Of a DNA stretch of 64,000 nucleotides, positions 1-9,448 are shown piece after piece. Every line of letters starts with the position of its first letter. Within the stretch, counting starts at the first letter, position 1. The stretch lies in NCBI GenBank assembly GCA_040752915.1, contig JBFMHB010000002.1, positions 13,967 to 77,966 of the forward strand. The letters are read 5' to 3'. Under the pieces are notes generated by a model that worked only from the letters and a program-made list of their open reading frames with translations, searched no databases and was not told the DNA's origin. The DNA comes from Acidobacteriota bacterium. Its GTDB lineage: Bacteria > Acidobacteriota > UBA4820 > DSQY01. The position numbers and the translations under genes are program-made.

Positions 1-758
1 TCACCGATCTCGCCCTGGCGGTGAATTCCATGCTCCGCGAGCTGGAAGCACAGCAAAACCAGATGGTTCAGGCCGCCAAGCTCACCACCGTGGGCACGCT
101 CACGTCGGGCATCGCCCACGAGCTCAACAACCCGCTCAACAACATCGCCATCACGACGGAAGCCCTCATGGAGGACTTCAAACGGCTTTCCGAAGGGGAG
201 AAATGGAAGCTCCTTCAGGACATTTACTTCGAGACCGAGAGGGCCGGCGAAATCGTCAAGAGCCTCCTCGACTTCACCCGGGAGGAGAGGCCGGAATCGG
301 TTCCCGTGTCCCTGGCGGAGGTCGTGGAATCCACCCGGCGGCTTCTTCACAACGAGATGGACCTGTCGGGGGTGAGGTTCGCGGCGGAGATTCCGGAGGA
401 CCTGCCCACCGTGCGCGCCGCCGTGAATCCCCTTCGGCAGGTCTTCTTGAACCTCTTCATCAACGCGGTCCACGCCATGCCGCGGGGCGGAACTCTTTCC
501 GTCCGGGCCATGAGAACCGACTCGGAGCGGGTCTGCGTCGACGTGACCGACACGGGCACGGGCATTCCGGCCGAAGTGCTTCCCCGAATCTTCGATCCCT
601 TCTTCACGACCAAGGAACCGGGCAAGGGAACCGGCCTGGGGTTGAGCGTATCCCTGGGCATCCTGCGAAAGTACGGCGGGGAAATGCGCGTCGTCAGCGA
701 AGTGGGCAAGGGAACTACGTTTCACGTGTGTTTGCCGGTGATGGAGACATCCGGTTGA
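1..758 (+). CDS. Sensor histidine kinase, C-terminal part (5' end lies outside the window). It has a HisKA-like H-box (SGIAHELNNPLN) and a HATPase_c region (DTGTGIP...GTGLGLSVS).
   Basis: The reading frame is open from base 3 with no upstream stop. H-box and N/G1/G2 ATP-binding motifs are readable in the translation. The stop is at 756-758. Confidence 0.85.
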   Translation, partial: TDLALAVNSMLRELEAQQNQMVQAAKLTTVGTLTSGIAHELNNPLNNIAITTEALMEDFKRLSEGEKWKLLQDIYFETERAGEIVKSLLDFTREERPESVPVSLAEVVESTRRLLHNEMDLSGVRFAAEIPEDLPTVRAAVNPLRQVFLNLFINAVHAMPRGGTLSVRAMRTDSERVCVDVTDTGTGIPAEVLPRIFDPFFTTKEPGKGTGLGLSVSLGILRKYGGEMRVVSEVGKGTTFHVCLPVMETSG

Positions 759-1150
759 TGCCGAACCCGGAGGTGGTCATGGCGGCCCAGAAGCGCGTGA
801 TGGTCCTGGACGACGAGCCCATCGTGGGCGAAAGATTGAAGCCGGCGCTGGAGAAGGAGGGCTTCGAGGTGGAGGTCTTCACCGACAGCGAAAGGGCCGT
901 CCAGCGTCTCGCAGAATCACCTTTCCATGTGCTCGTTACGGACCTGAAAATGCGCGGCCCTTCGGGAATGGACGTTCTCCGCTACGTCAAGGAGACCGCC
1001 CCCTCCACGGCGGTGATCGTCATCACCGGCTACGCCACCATCGAGACGCACCACGAGGCCGAGGCGTGGGGCGCCGCGAAGTTCGTCCCGAAGCCCTTCA
1101 AGATTCAAGAAATCGCCCGACTCGTTCGGGAGGCCGCCGGCCCGTCCTGA
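758..1150 (+). CDS. Single-domain response regulator (CheY-like receiver).
   Basis: The ATG overlaps the kinase stop (TGATG). Receiver motifs are present: VMVLDDEP, VLVTDLKMRGPSG and the conserved K in KPF. The protein is about 130 aa with no output domain. Confidence 0.85.
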   Translation: MPNPEVVMAAQKRVMVLDDEPIVGERLKPALEKEGFEVEVFTDSERAVQRLAESPFHVLVTDLKMRGPSGMDVLRYVKETAPSTAVIVITGYATIETHHEAEAWGAAKFVPKPFKIQEIARLVREAAGPS

Positions 1151-1221
1151 GCCTCCCGATCCAGACCCTCTATCCGATCCCGCCGCCAGGGAGCGCCTCT
1201 CCACGCCCGGTGAGGACCCGG

Positions 1222-2073
1222 TCAAGCCAGCCGGGACATCCTCAGCAACCTTCGTCCGACGGGCGCGACGGGCATGAGGACTCGGCCGATGGCCACGTCG
1301 GCTGGGTTTGCGGGATAGCTGTCCCGGAGGTAATCCCGCACCTTCCGAAGAACCGCGTCTCCGGTTCTCCCGAGCGTGACATGAATCCGTCCGCCCCGGG
1401 CGATCACTTCCACGGGGACGCGGAGGCCGCAGGGCTCTCCGGTGAGGTCGAGCAGTATCCGGGATTCCAATGCAAGATCCCGCATCCGGCTGCGGCTCTC
1501 CTCCGTGGGTTGGAATTCCGCTCCGACGGCGAGGGCGCCGAGAATGGGCAAGGCCGTCCGGAAGGAGAGCCTTCCCGTCCAGAGGACCAGGTCAAAGCCG
1601 TCGGCTTCCTGGACGGCGACGCCATGGACGTAACGGACCCACGATTCGATGTCCCGATCCACGGAGGTCAAGAACTCCTCGGCCTTGGCGCTCGGAAGCC
1701 TCAACCGCTCCTGCACACGCTCCACTCGGAGGCTTCTTGGGGAAAACACACCGACCCTGGACACATGCCGAACTCCCGGCAGAAGCCTGTGGCCCGCCCT
1801 ACCGTAGTAGACCAGGGGACCCCTGGACCACATTTCGCAAAGCAGGGCCGTCATTCCTGCCAGATAACGCCTCCGGAGGTAATCGAAGCGGGGCCCGGAA
1901 ATGCGGCCCCTGGAGGCCGCCACCTCCAGATCCCCCAGGTGCACGTCCTGTTCCGCCAGGCGCGAGATGGCCTCCTCCCGCGTAAGGAGATTCCACCCGA
2001 TTTCTCTGGCCAGGCCGGCGGCCAGGCGTTCTCCCCCCCCAAACGGGAGCCCCGCGATCATCAGTATGGTCAT
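1222..2073 (-). CDS. Cytidylate kinase-like family protein (Cytidylate_kin2-like, degenerate P-loop GLPFGGGERLA) with a BON-like C-terminal region.
   Basis: It is a paralogue of the 6655-7464 gene, with the same architecture and about 30% identity by eye. The start is taken at MTILMIAG. The longer ORF runs to 2115. Confidence 0.55.
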   Translation of the reverse strand: MTILMIAGLPFGGGERLAAGLAREIGWNLLTREEAISRLAEQDVHLGDLEVAASRGRISGPRFDYLRRRYLAGMTALLCEMWSRGPLVYYGRAGHRLLPGVRHVSRVGVFSPRSLRVERVQERLRLPSAKAEEFLTSVDRDIESWVRYVHGVAVQEADGFDLVLWTGRLSFRTALPILGALAVGAEFQPTEESRSRMRDLALESRILLDLTGEPCGLRVPVEVIARGGRIHVTLGRTGDAVLRKVRDYLRDSYPANPADVAIGRVLMPVAPVGRRLLRMSRLA

Positions 2074-2173
2074 GCACGCTCCCCATGAACCGTCCCCGAA
2101 GGGCGGCCCCATCATACATCGAGCGGAGTGGGACCTTCACACAACGGGGGCGGGACCGCCCGCGCCCGTGGAT

Positions 2174-4744
2174 CTACCGCCCGCTTTCCCGGGGGGGGCG
2201 ACAAGGCGACGCTTCCGGGTCGAATCGGTAATTCCCCGCCATGAACTGGGCCACATACCATTCCATCGCCTCGTGGCTCTCCATGTACATGTCCAACTGG
2301 CTGGAGCAAGCCATCAAGCGGCCCAGGATGTCCAGGGCCGCCGCGGTCTCCTCCGCGGTGCCCTTCCTGTGCCAGGCGTTCACGACGTCCCCTCTCCGGT
2401 CCGCCAGGAATCCCTGGCGAGAGAGCACCTTCTCGATGAAGACCGCCCGGAGGTTCCTGCGCCACCGGGTCGCGCCGCCGCCGGCGAAACGGAAGGAGAT
2501 GTAGTTGGCGTTGGCCTGATCCGAGAGGCACGCGTCCACGAGCGTGAAGTGGTAGGCCAGACGGCTGTTGAGGTTCATGTACTCGTCGGCCACCAGGAGG
2601 TAGCTCCGCTCTCCCAGGGCCCTCCGGGCGCTGGAGTGGGATGCGAAGGATCCCGCCACCACCGAGGCGAGGCCGTTCAGGCTGGCCGGCATCTGCCGGC
2701 TCCAGGACACGCCGGGATGGGTGACTCCGCACCAAAAGGCCGCGAAAGGCCGGGATGTGATTTGCTCGGGCAAGATCTCCCTCGTCTCCGGGTCCTCAAG
2801 CCGCACCCCCCCTCCCAGGTCCAGGACGAAGAGGCGGATGGGTGTCGCCGCGACGAGCCTCCTTGCGCTCAGGGGCGACCGATCCGCCGCCCTGTCGTTC
2901 ACTGAAAACATGGTTTCGATGGCCTTCTCGTGGGAAAACCGGAGGATATCGTGGGCGGACCGGCACCCCGAAGCCCGAAAATTGAAGGCCGACGGGTCCA
3001 CGAGGTTGAGCGTCAGCAGGCTGGAGTGGATCGGATCCTCCCTGAGCTCGGCGTACCTCTCCCCGAGGGGGACTTCGGCGGTGGGAGCGGCCCAGAGAAT
3101 CCCGCCGTAAAGGGCCGGACTGCCGGCGTCCAGGCTCACCTCCGAACCGTGGGACGTGCGCTCCATCGCGTGGGCCATCTGAAACGCGGACGGGATCTTG
3201 AACTCCCTGAGGAGCGCAGCGCCGTGGCCCGTGACGATCCCCCGTTCCGCAACGACTCCGGCGATTCGGTTCAGGACCTTGACGATGTCGGGCATGGGGC
3301 GCCGCACGAAAAGAATGGCTCCGGAGGGCACGTGGGCGAGGGATTCAACGTCCTCCACGTGAAACGCCGGTCCCGAGGCCCGGCCGCCGTAGATGGTCTT
3401 CCCACCCTTCAGGAGGGGCTCGGCCCTGGGGTTTCCCCTGGACTTCCCTCCGCCTGACTTGAATCCGAGGGCGAGGTCCCGAGTCTGGACGATCCACAGG
3501 GCGCCGTCTTCGTCGAGGACCCACTCCACGTCCTGCGGGGCCTTGAAGTGGGCCTCGAGCCGCACCCCCCAGTGCGCCAAAACCTGCAGATCTTCCGTTT
3601 CCATGGAGGATCCTCTGGACTCGTTCACGTCGAGGATTCTCCTCGCTATCCCCCCCCGTTCCCCGAGCACAACTTGGGATTCCTTTCGGGTGATATGCCG
3701 TTCAAGGACCGCGTGGCTCCGACCCCTCGCCAGTACGAACAGGTCGGCGGAGGCGCTCCCCCCGGCCAGGTCCACGCCCAGCCCTCGAGTGGCCGTGATG
3801 AGAAGGTTACCCGAGCTCGGCTGGTTCGGGTCCCTCGTGTACAGAATCCCCGCCGCCTTCGCTCGCAGGACGGGAATCACCAGGACCGCCATGGGGCTTT
3901 CCACCTCCCCGATGCCCCGCGAGCGGCGGTACGCGATGGCCCTCTCGGAGAAGCGGCTCGCGAGCACCTTCCGGTACGCGTCGAGGAGCTGGTTCTCCGG
4001 AACGTTGAGGAGGCTCAAGAACTGTCCGGCGAAGGTCTGCGGCCCACCTTCTCCCACTGCGCTGGAACGGACCGCGAAGCCCTGGCCGAGTGTGTCGAGG
4101 CGCTTGGCTCTCTCCATCAGAGCCACTTCCACGGCCCGGGGGATGGGCGCCTCGAGCACTTTGGCGACCAGACGCCGGGAGGCCTCCCGAATCCCCTCGA
4201 GATCGTCCGGATCCACCTCCCTCAGGGCATCCCGGATCTCCCGCCAGAGCGGGATGCCCACGGTCTGGCGATAGGCTTCCGTCGTCAGGACAAAGCCCTC
4301 TGGAACGGGCAGTCCGACGTGGTTCCGAACTTCTCCGAGGTAGGCCGTCTTTCCGCCCACTTCGTCCGAAGCACGAAGGTCTATCTCCGCCAGGGATGCG
4401 GCGAGCCGCGGAGTCTCCCTCTCCTGCCCCGCCGCGACGAAGGCCTCCACCTCATGGCGCTGTCTGGCCAGGAGCCTCACCAGCCGCGGGAACTTGTTCT
4501 CCGTGAGGGTCTCCAGTGCCTCGACGGTCCCGCGGGCCCGGTCGAAGACCTCGGCGATCCTCGGACCGATCACGTCCCGGAGAGGGGGGACGTACTGGAG
4601 ATCCTCCTGGAGGGACGCCATGCGTTCGAGGCACTCGTTGTTGTAGGCGAGGAGGTCGCGGAAGCACCGGTAGTGCTCCCGCATGCGGGCCTCCGCGGAA
4701 CGGACTTCCGCGTCGGTCCCCTTGCCTCTCCACGGAAGCCACAT
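2174..4744 (-). CDS. PEP-utilizing enzyme family protein (pyruvate, water dikinase-like). It has a PPDK_N ATP-grasp domain plus a phosphohistidine mobile domain, then a C-terminal ~330 aa region that is not the canonical PEP-binding TIM barrel.
   Basis: DEVGGKTAYLGEV at the start of the PEP/pyruvate-binding domain. GGRASGPAFHV...VTGHGAALLREFKIPSA is a mobile His domain. No SxNDL-type PEP-utilizers_C motifs are visible in the C-terminal third. Confidence 0.7.
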   Translation of the reverse strand: MWLPWRGKGTDAEVRSAEARMREHYRCFRDLLAYNNECLERMASLQEDLQYVPPLRDVIGPRIAEVFDRARGTVEALETLTENKFPRLVRLLARQRHEVEAFVAAGQERETPRLAASLAEIDLRASDEVGGKTAYLGEVRNHVGLPVPEGFVLTTEAYRQTVGIPLWREIRDALREVDPDDLEGIREASRRLVAKVLEAPIPRAVEVALMERAKRLDTLGQGFAVRSSAVGEGGPQTFAGQFLSLLNVPENQLLDAYRKVLASRFSERAIAYRRSRGIGEVESPMAVLVIPVLRAKAAGILYTRDPNQPSSGNLLITATRGLGVDLAGGSASADLFVLARGRSHAVLERHITRKESQVVLGERGGIARRILDVNESRGSSMETEDLQVLAHWGVRLEAHFKAPQDVEWVLDEDGALWIVQTRDLALGFKSGGGKSRGNPRAEPLLKGGKTIYGGRASGPAFHVEDVESLAHVPSGAILFVRRPMPDIVKVLNRIAGVVAERGIVTGHGAALLREFKIPSAFQMAHAMERTSHGSEVSLDAGSPALYGGILWAAPTAEVPLGERYAELREDPIHSSLLTLNLVDPSAFNFRASGCRSAHDILRFSHEKAIETMFSVNDRAADRSPLSARRLVAATPIRLFVLDLGGGVRLEDPETREILPEQITSRPFAAFWCGVTHPGVSWSRQMPASLNGLASVVAGSFASHSSARRALGERSYLLVADEYMNLNSRLAYHFTLVDACLSDQANANYISFRFAGGGATRWRRNLRAVFIEKVLSRQGFLADRRGDVVNAWHRKGTAEETAAALDILGRLMACSSQLDMYMESHEAMEWYVAQFMAGNYRFDPEASPCRPPRESGR

Positions 4745-4889
4745 GGGCAGGCCACCTCCGCGATCGGGTCCTCGGGCCAGGTGATCACCGCTGGAGTGGG
4801 GACCCTTAGCGGTCTATTCCTCCCCGTGAGCGATTTTGGCCGTACCCGCCGGAAATGCCCTCGGGCGCCTTTCCCTCCCGGCGTGTCTC

Positions 4890-5672
4890 TTAGTGGGCGG
4901 AGACCTTTCCGCCCAGCCTGGAGGCGATGAAATCGATGCCCAGGCCCGCCAGCGTGGCCACGAGAATGCACAGAATGCCGTACAGGACCGCCCGGTCCTT
5001 GGCCATTCCGGCCATCTTCTCGGGGAACCCCACCTTCAAGACCTTGAGGGGAAGTTCCGCTCGAGACAGGACCCTTCCGTCCCTGCAGGCGTACACTTCC
5101 AGCCGGTAGTCCGCCGGCGGGGCCACTTTGGGCCAGGCGAAGGAGACGGCGTAGCGGCTCGAGTTCTCCCCCGGCGTCACCGCAACGGTGCCCTCGTTCA
5201 CCTGGAGGATCCCCTGATCGGATTTGAGCTTCAGGTAGTTCTCCCTCACGAGCGGCTGGTCCATGACCGGCGGGTCCACCTTCATTTGGGCCTGGATCGA
5301 GGTCACGTCCAACTGGCCCGCCTCGAGGGCTTCCCGGGAGAGGAGGTCGGCCAGCGGGGCGCTCGAGAAGCCGATGAAGAGGGCGGGGACGCCGGCGATG
5401 CGGACCTTCCCCGCATTGGCCCAGATGGGCCCGAAGCGGCCCTTCTTGTTGAAGGACTCCTCGATCTGAGGTCCTTTCACGACGAGGTACACGCCGCTCC
5501 CGGCGGGCACTTCGCCCTCCACCCGGATCTGGGCCCCGCCGTAGAAGGCGTCCATCCGGATCACCTCCGGACTGATCCGGGCCGTCGGTGCGGCGGGTTC
5601 CTGAGAGAATCCGGAAAGCGCAAAGGAAAGAACGGCCAGGGCAACCAGCGATGCGGTTCGTGCGCGCTTCAT
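4890..5672 (-). CDS. Secreted or membrane hypothetical protein (TIGR02186-like putative transmembrane protein), with an N-terminal signal peptide and a C-terminal TM helix.
   Basis: Signal peptide MKRARTASLVALAVLSFALSGFSQE. C-terminal hydrophobic helix LYGILCILVATLAGLGIDFI. The gene ends 2 bp from the TauE gene, suggesting translational coupling. Confidence 0.5.
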   Translation of the reverse strand: MKRARTASLVALAVLSFALSGFSQEPAAPTARISPEVIRMDAFYGGAQIRVEGEVPAGSGVYLVVKGPQIEESFNKKGRFGPIWANAGKVRIAGVPALFIGFSSAPLADLLSREALEAGQLDVTSIQAQMKVDPPVMDQPLVRENYLKLKSDQGILQVNEGTVAVTPGENSSRYAVSFAWPKVAPPADYRLEVYACRDGRVLSRAELPLKVLKVGFPEKMAGMAKDRAVLYGILCILVATLAGLGIDFIASRLGGKVSAH

Positions 5673-5673
5673 G

Positions 5674-6594
5674 TCAGTGCCCTCCCCCCGTGGCGTACGA
5701 AAGAAGGCTCGCCGGCGTGACCACCAGGCTGAACGCCATCTTCACCATGACCAACAGGACGATGGAGGCGAGGAGAATCTTGAGCTGATCGCCCCTCAGC
5801 CGCTTGCCCACCCGGGCGCCGATCTGGGCCCCTATCGTGGATCCGATCATGAGGAGCAGGGCCAGGACCAGGTCCACCGTATGGTTCGTGGTGGCCTGCA
5901 TGAAGGTGACCCCGGCGCAGGTGAAGAAGATCTGGAAGAGGTCGGTTCCCACCGCCACGTGCATGGGCATCCGCAGGAGGTACACCATCATGGGGACCAT
6001 GATGAAGCCGCCCCCCACGCCCATGATGGCGGCGAGAATCCCGACGACCATGCACAGGAAGAAGGGAACGAACACCGAATGCTGGACCCCGGCGGTGGGG
6101 AAGTTCATCTGGAACGGGAGCCGGGAGAGTAGCCCGGGCTTCTTGACCGCCCCCGACTTCTTCGGGGCCATCCCGCCGCGCCGGAGGGCGTTGAGGCTTT
6201 CGAAGAACATGTACCCCCCGACGCTTCCCAGGACCACCACGTAGGTCACCGTGATGAGGAAGTCGGCGTTGCCCATGGCCCGCAGGACCTTGATGATCCG
6301 CACGCCGATGGCCCCGCCCACGAGTCCCCCGATGAGGAGAATGGACCCCAACTTCACGTCCACGTTTTTCAGGCGGAAGTGGGCGGCCGCCCCGGACGCC
6401 GAGGCCGCCACGATCTGGCAGGAGTCCGAGGCGGCCGCGACGGTGGGCGGGATGCCCATCATGATCAGGATGGGCGTGAGCAGAAACCCGCCTCCCACCC
6501 CGAACATCCCGGACATGAAGCCGACGATGGCTCCGGCCCCCATGACCAGGAACAGGTTGATGCTGATTCCGGCGACAGGTAAGAAGATCGACAT
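5674..6594 (-). CDS. TauE/SafE (DUF81) family sulfite/anion exporter.
   Basis: Duplicated 4-TM halves with GxGGG motifs (GMFGVGGGFLLTPIL and IMGVGGGFIMVPMMV), typical of TauE/SafE. Confidence 0.85.
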   Translation of the reverse strand: MSIFLPVAGISINLFLVMGAGAIVGFMSGMFGVGGGFLLTPILIMMGIPPTVAAASDSCQIVAASASGAAAHFRLKNVDVKLGSILLIGGLVGGAIGVRIIKVLRAMGNADFLITVTYVVVLGSVGGYMFFESLNALRRGGMAPKKSGAVKKPGLLSRLPFQMNFPTAGVQHSVFVPFFLCMVVGILAAIMGVGGGFIMVPMMVYLLRMPMHVAVGTDLFQIFFTCAGVTFMQATTNHTVDLVLALLLMIGSTIGAQIGARVGKRLRGDQLKILLASIVLLVMVKMAFSLVVTPASLLSYATGGGH

Positions 6595-6654
6595 GTCCCC
6601 CCCTGCTCGGCCACGCCCCCCATGATTTCCGCGGGTGCCGGGCCCTCTCCCGGG

Positions 6655-7464
6655 CTACGCGCTGGGCGGCTGGACCAGTCCCTCCAAACTCACGCTCGTG
6701 ACCCCCTGAATCTTCCAGACCACCTCCTGGACCTCCTTCACTTGTTCGCGGTTGGCCAGTTTCCCCCGAATGGTCACCGCCCCCCCATGAGCCTCCACGT
6801 CCACTTCCAGCGTGCCCGTGGCCGGATGGGTGACGAGGCTGGCTCGGATCCGGCTGGCGAGGGCCAGGTCCTCCATGGCCGCCATCGAATCCTCCGTTTC
6901 CTCGAACACCCGCTGCCTCGCGACGGAGGCGATGATGTCGCACGCCTCCTTGATGTCCATGTACTCGAGGTTCAGCACGATATCGTAGAGGGAGGGTTCG
7001 CCCCAGTCCACGCCGTAGAGATAGTGGGTCCACTTCTTGCGGTCCTGGTCCATCTTCTGGATGTAGGCGACGGATTCCTCGCGGGTCATCTTGAGCCGGT
7101 CCTGGACCATGGCCACCCGGTGTTCGAAGGGCGCGATGATGCGGGTCCTCAGGACGTGGCTCACTCCCCGAAGCAGAAGGTGGCCCGCGTTGCCGTGGTA
7201 GATGGCTTTCCCCCCCCGGACCTCCTCCGTCAGCGCGGCCTGGATCAGGGTGAGGTAGACGTACTTCTTGTGGTTGAACCGGTCCCAGAACCCCGGGGGG
7301 TTCATGAGGGCGCTCCGGAGTTCTTCCTGGGTAACGCCGTACGCGGCGGCCCGCTCCACGATCACGTCGCGGTCCACGCACCGGTAGCTCAGGTTGTCGG
7401 CCAGGCACTCGGCCAGGATCTTGCCGCCGCTGAAAGACCCGCGGGAAATGGTGATGACCGCCAT
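6655..7464 (-). CDS. Cytidylate kinase-like family protein with a C-terminal BON domain.
   Basis: MAVITISRGSFSGGKILAE is a Cytidylate_kin2-type N-terminus. The C-terminus GTLEVDVEAHGGAVTIRGKLANREQVKEVQEVVWKIQGVTSVSL has a BON-like pattern. It is a paralogue of 1222-2073. Confidence 0.6.
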   Translation of the reverse strand: MAVITISRGSFSGGKILAECLADNLSYRCVDRDVIVERAAAYGVTQEELRSALMNPPGFWDRFNHKKYVYLTLIQAALTEEVRGGKAIYHGNAGHLLLRGVSHVLRTRIIAPFEHRVAMVQDRLKMTREESVAYIQKMDQDRKKWTHYLYGVDWGEPSLYDIVLNLEYMDIKEACDIIASVARQRVFEETEDSMAAMEDLALASRIRASLVTHPATGTLEVDVEAHGGAVTIRGKLANREQVKEVQEVVWKIQGVTSVSLEGLVQPPSA

Positions 7465-7707
7465 GGCCGACCCCCTCCGTATAATTTGGACACGCCCCGC
7501 ATCGGCGTCAACAGGATGCACCCGGGCGAGGCCTCAAAGCAAGGGGTTTCGAATCCTTTTTCCGCGCCTTTTCATAACATTTTGTTACAATCCCCCACCT
7601 CGGACCGCGGGCCCGTCCTTCCATTGACCCCTGCCGGCCCCCATGCTACACAGGCCGCTCGGTGATCCCCATCCCCCGAAGGGAAGGACCCCGAAGAGGG
7701 ACATCGC

Positions 7708-9414
7708 ATGAGACCCGGCAAGGTGTACATCGTGGGCGCGGGCCCGGGCCACCCCGAACTCCTCACTCTCAAGGCCGCGGCCCTCCTGCGCCAGGGCGAC
7801 GTGATCGTGTACGACCGCCTGATCCAGGAGGAGGTCCTCGCCCTCGCCAAGCCCTCCGCCGAACGCCTCTACATGGGGAAGCCCGTAGGCAAGCACGACT
7901 CGCGCCAGGACGAAATCCACGAGGTGCTCGTCCGGAAGGCCCGAGAGGGGAAGGTCGTCGTGCGGCTCAAGGGCGGAGATCCCTTCGTCTTCGGACGGGG
8001 GGGCGAGGAGGCCGAGTACCTGGCCGCCCACGGCGTGGCCTTCGAGGTCATCCCCGGCGTCTCCTCCGCCCTGGCGGCGCCTCTCTCGGCGGGCATCGCC
8101 GTCACCCACCGGGAGAACGCCTCCTGCGTGGCCATCGTCACGGGCCACGAGGCCAAGGACGAGGAGACCCGCATCGACTGGGAGGCCCTGGCCCGCCTCG
8201 ACACCCTGGTCTTCCTCATGGGCGTGAAAAACGCGGGGCGGATCGCCTCCCGCCTCATCCGCCATGGGCGGAGCCCCAAGACCCCGTGCGCGTTCATCCA
8301 GATGGCCTTCTGGCACGACGAGGCCGTCCTCGTCAGCACGCTGGGGCGCGTGGAGGAGGACCTCGCCCGGGCGGGGATCCGGCCGCCCGCCACTTTCGTC
8401 GTGGGGGAGGTGGTGCGCCTGAGGGAGAAGATCAGCCATGCCGAGCGGGACCTCGCACGGCGCGCCGACGGCTCCGCCCGCTTCGACCCGTCCCCCGTAC
8501 CCGATCAGCTTCTCCGCCTGGCCTCGGCGGGCCTCGGCTCACAGGCTTTGGGTCTCGCCCTCGAGGTCTCCCTCTTCGACCGCACCGAGACGCCGGAACC
8601 GCCCGAGTCCCTGGCCGCCGCGCTGGGCTGGGACGCGTCCGCCGCCGTGGAGATCCTGGACGCCCTCGTGGCCTTGGGACTGCTCGAAAAGCGGGAGGAC
8701 GGCTACGGCAACCTGGAACTCTCCTCCCGGTACCTGCGGGACGGTTCGCCCCATTCGCTCCGGCCCACGCTCCTCCACCAGGCGTCCCTCTCCGTTTCCT
8801 GGGACCGCCTGAAGGCGTACGTCCAGGAGGGGTGCCGCGACTTCGTGGCCCCCGATCCGAACCCTGCGGGGGCCGCCGCCTGCGAGGCCCTCGCCCGATT
8901 CGCCGCTCCCGCCGTCGTGGAGAAACTCGATTCACGGCCTCCGGGCCCCGTTCTCCTGATTGGCTGGGGAGGGGAAGCCTATGCCGAGGCCCTCCGCACC
9001 CGATGGCCGGACCTGGCCTTTTCCCACCGGAACCCCTTGGAAGGCCCGGACCGCGGGCTTCGCATGCTGGCCCCGATCCCAAGGGAGGGCGCCCCCTTCG
9101 GTACGATCTTCCTCTCGGGTCTCCTGGCCTCCTCCAGCCGCGGCGACGTGCAGAAGATCCTGGAATGCGCCGTTGAAGCCCTCGATTCCGGCGGCCGGGT
9201 CTTCCTTCACGACGCCTTCCTGCCCTCCAGCGTCCTGCCTCCCCCCGAGGTGGTCCTCGGCGCCCTCGGGCGGCGGGTGGCCCAGGGAGGATGCCGCACC
9301 TGGAGCGTCAACCGGCTCGTCCAGACCCTGGACGCCCTCGGCCTCTGCGGGGTGAAGGTCCACTCCCTTCCCGCGGGCACCCTTCTGGTGGAAGCCGGAA
9401 AGGCGTCGGCGTGA
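7708..9414 (+). CDS. cobA: Uroporphyrinogen-III C-methyltransferase (SUMT/CobA, residues ~1-250) fused to a C-terminal ~300 aa region resembling a winged-helix dimerisation domain plus a class-I methyltransferase-like domain.
   Basis: VYIVGAGPGHPELLTLKA, GDPFVFGRGGEE and VIPGVSSALAAP are canonical SUMT motifs. The C-terminal half has an OMT-dimerisation-like winged-helix segment (ILDALVALGLLEKREDGYGNLEL) and a degenerate nucleotide-binding loop (LLIGWGGEA). Confidence 0.75.
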   Translation: MRPGKVYIVGAGPGHPELLTLKAAALLRQGDVIVYDRLIQEEVLALAKPSAERLYMGKPVGKHDSRQDEIHEVLVRKAREGKVVVRLKGGDPFVFGRGGEEAEYLAAHGVAFEVIPGVSSALAAPLSAGIAVTHRENASCVAIVTGHEAKDEETRIDWEALARLDTLVFLMGVKNAGRIASRLIRHGRSPKTPCAFIQMAFWHDEAVLVSTLGRVEEDLARAGIRPPATFVVGEVVRLREKISHAERDLARRADGSARFDPSPVPDQLLRLASAGLGSQALGLALEVSLFDRTETPEPPESLAAALGWDASAAVEILDALVALGLLEKREDGYGNLELSSRYLRDGSPHSLRPTLLHQASLSVSWDRLKAYVQEGCRDFVAPDPNPAGAAACEALARFAAPAVVEKLDSRPPGPVLLIGWGGEAYAEALRTRWPDLAFSHRNPLEGPDRGLRMLAPIPREGAPFGTIFLSGLLASSSRGDVQKILECAVEALDSGGRVFLHDAFLPSSVLPPPEVVLGALGRRVAQGGCRTWSVNRLVQTLDALGLCGVKVHSLPAGTLLVEAGKASA

Positions 9415-9448
9415 CGCCCCCTCCTTCAGGGTCCGAGGGAGGAGAACC

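Noticed and set aside
5669-7408. 579 aa minus ORF and the plus ORF 6622-7665 overlapping the TauE and cytidylate-kinase-like/BON genes.
   Set aside because: Low-complexity Arg/Gly/His-rich translations. The alternative frames give a textbook TauE (GxGGG duplicated 4-TM halves) and a protein paralogous to 1222-2073.
7465-7707. A possible cobalamin or other riboswitch in the 243 bp divergent spacer upstream of cobA.
   Set aside because: I inspected the spacer for the conserved B12-box-like elements and found nothing convincing. There are only generic promoter-like AT-rich stretches (ttttcataacattttgttacaatc). No claim is made without a covariance-model scan.
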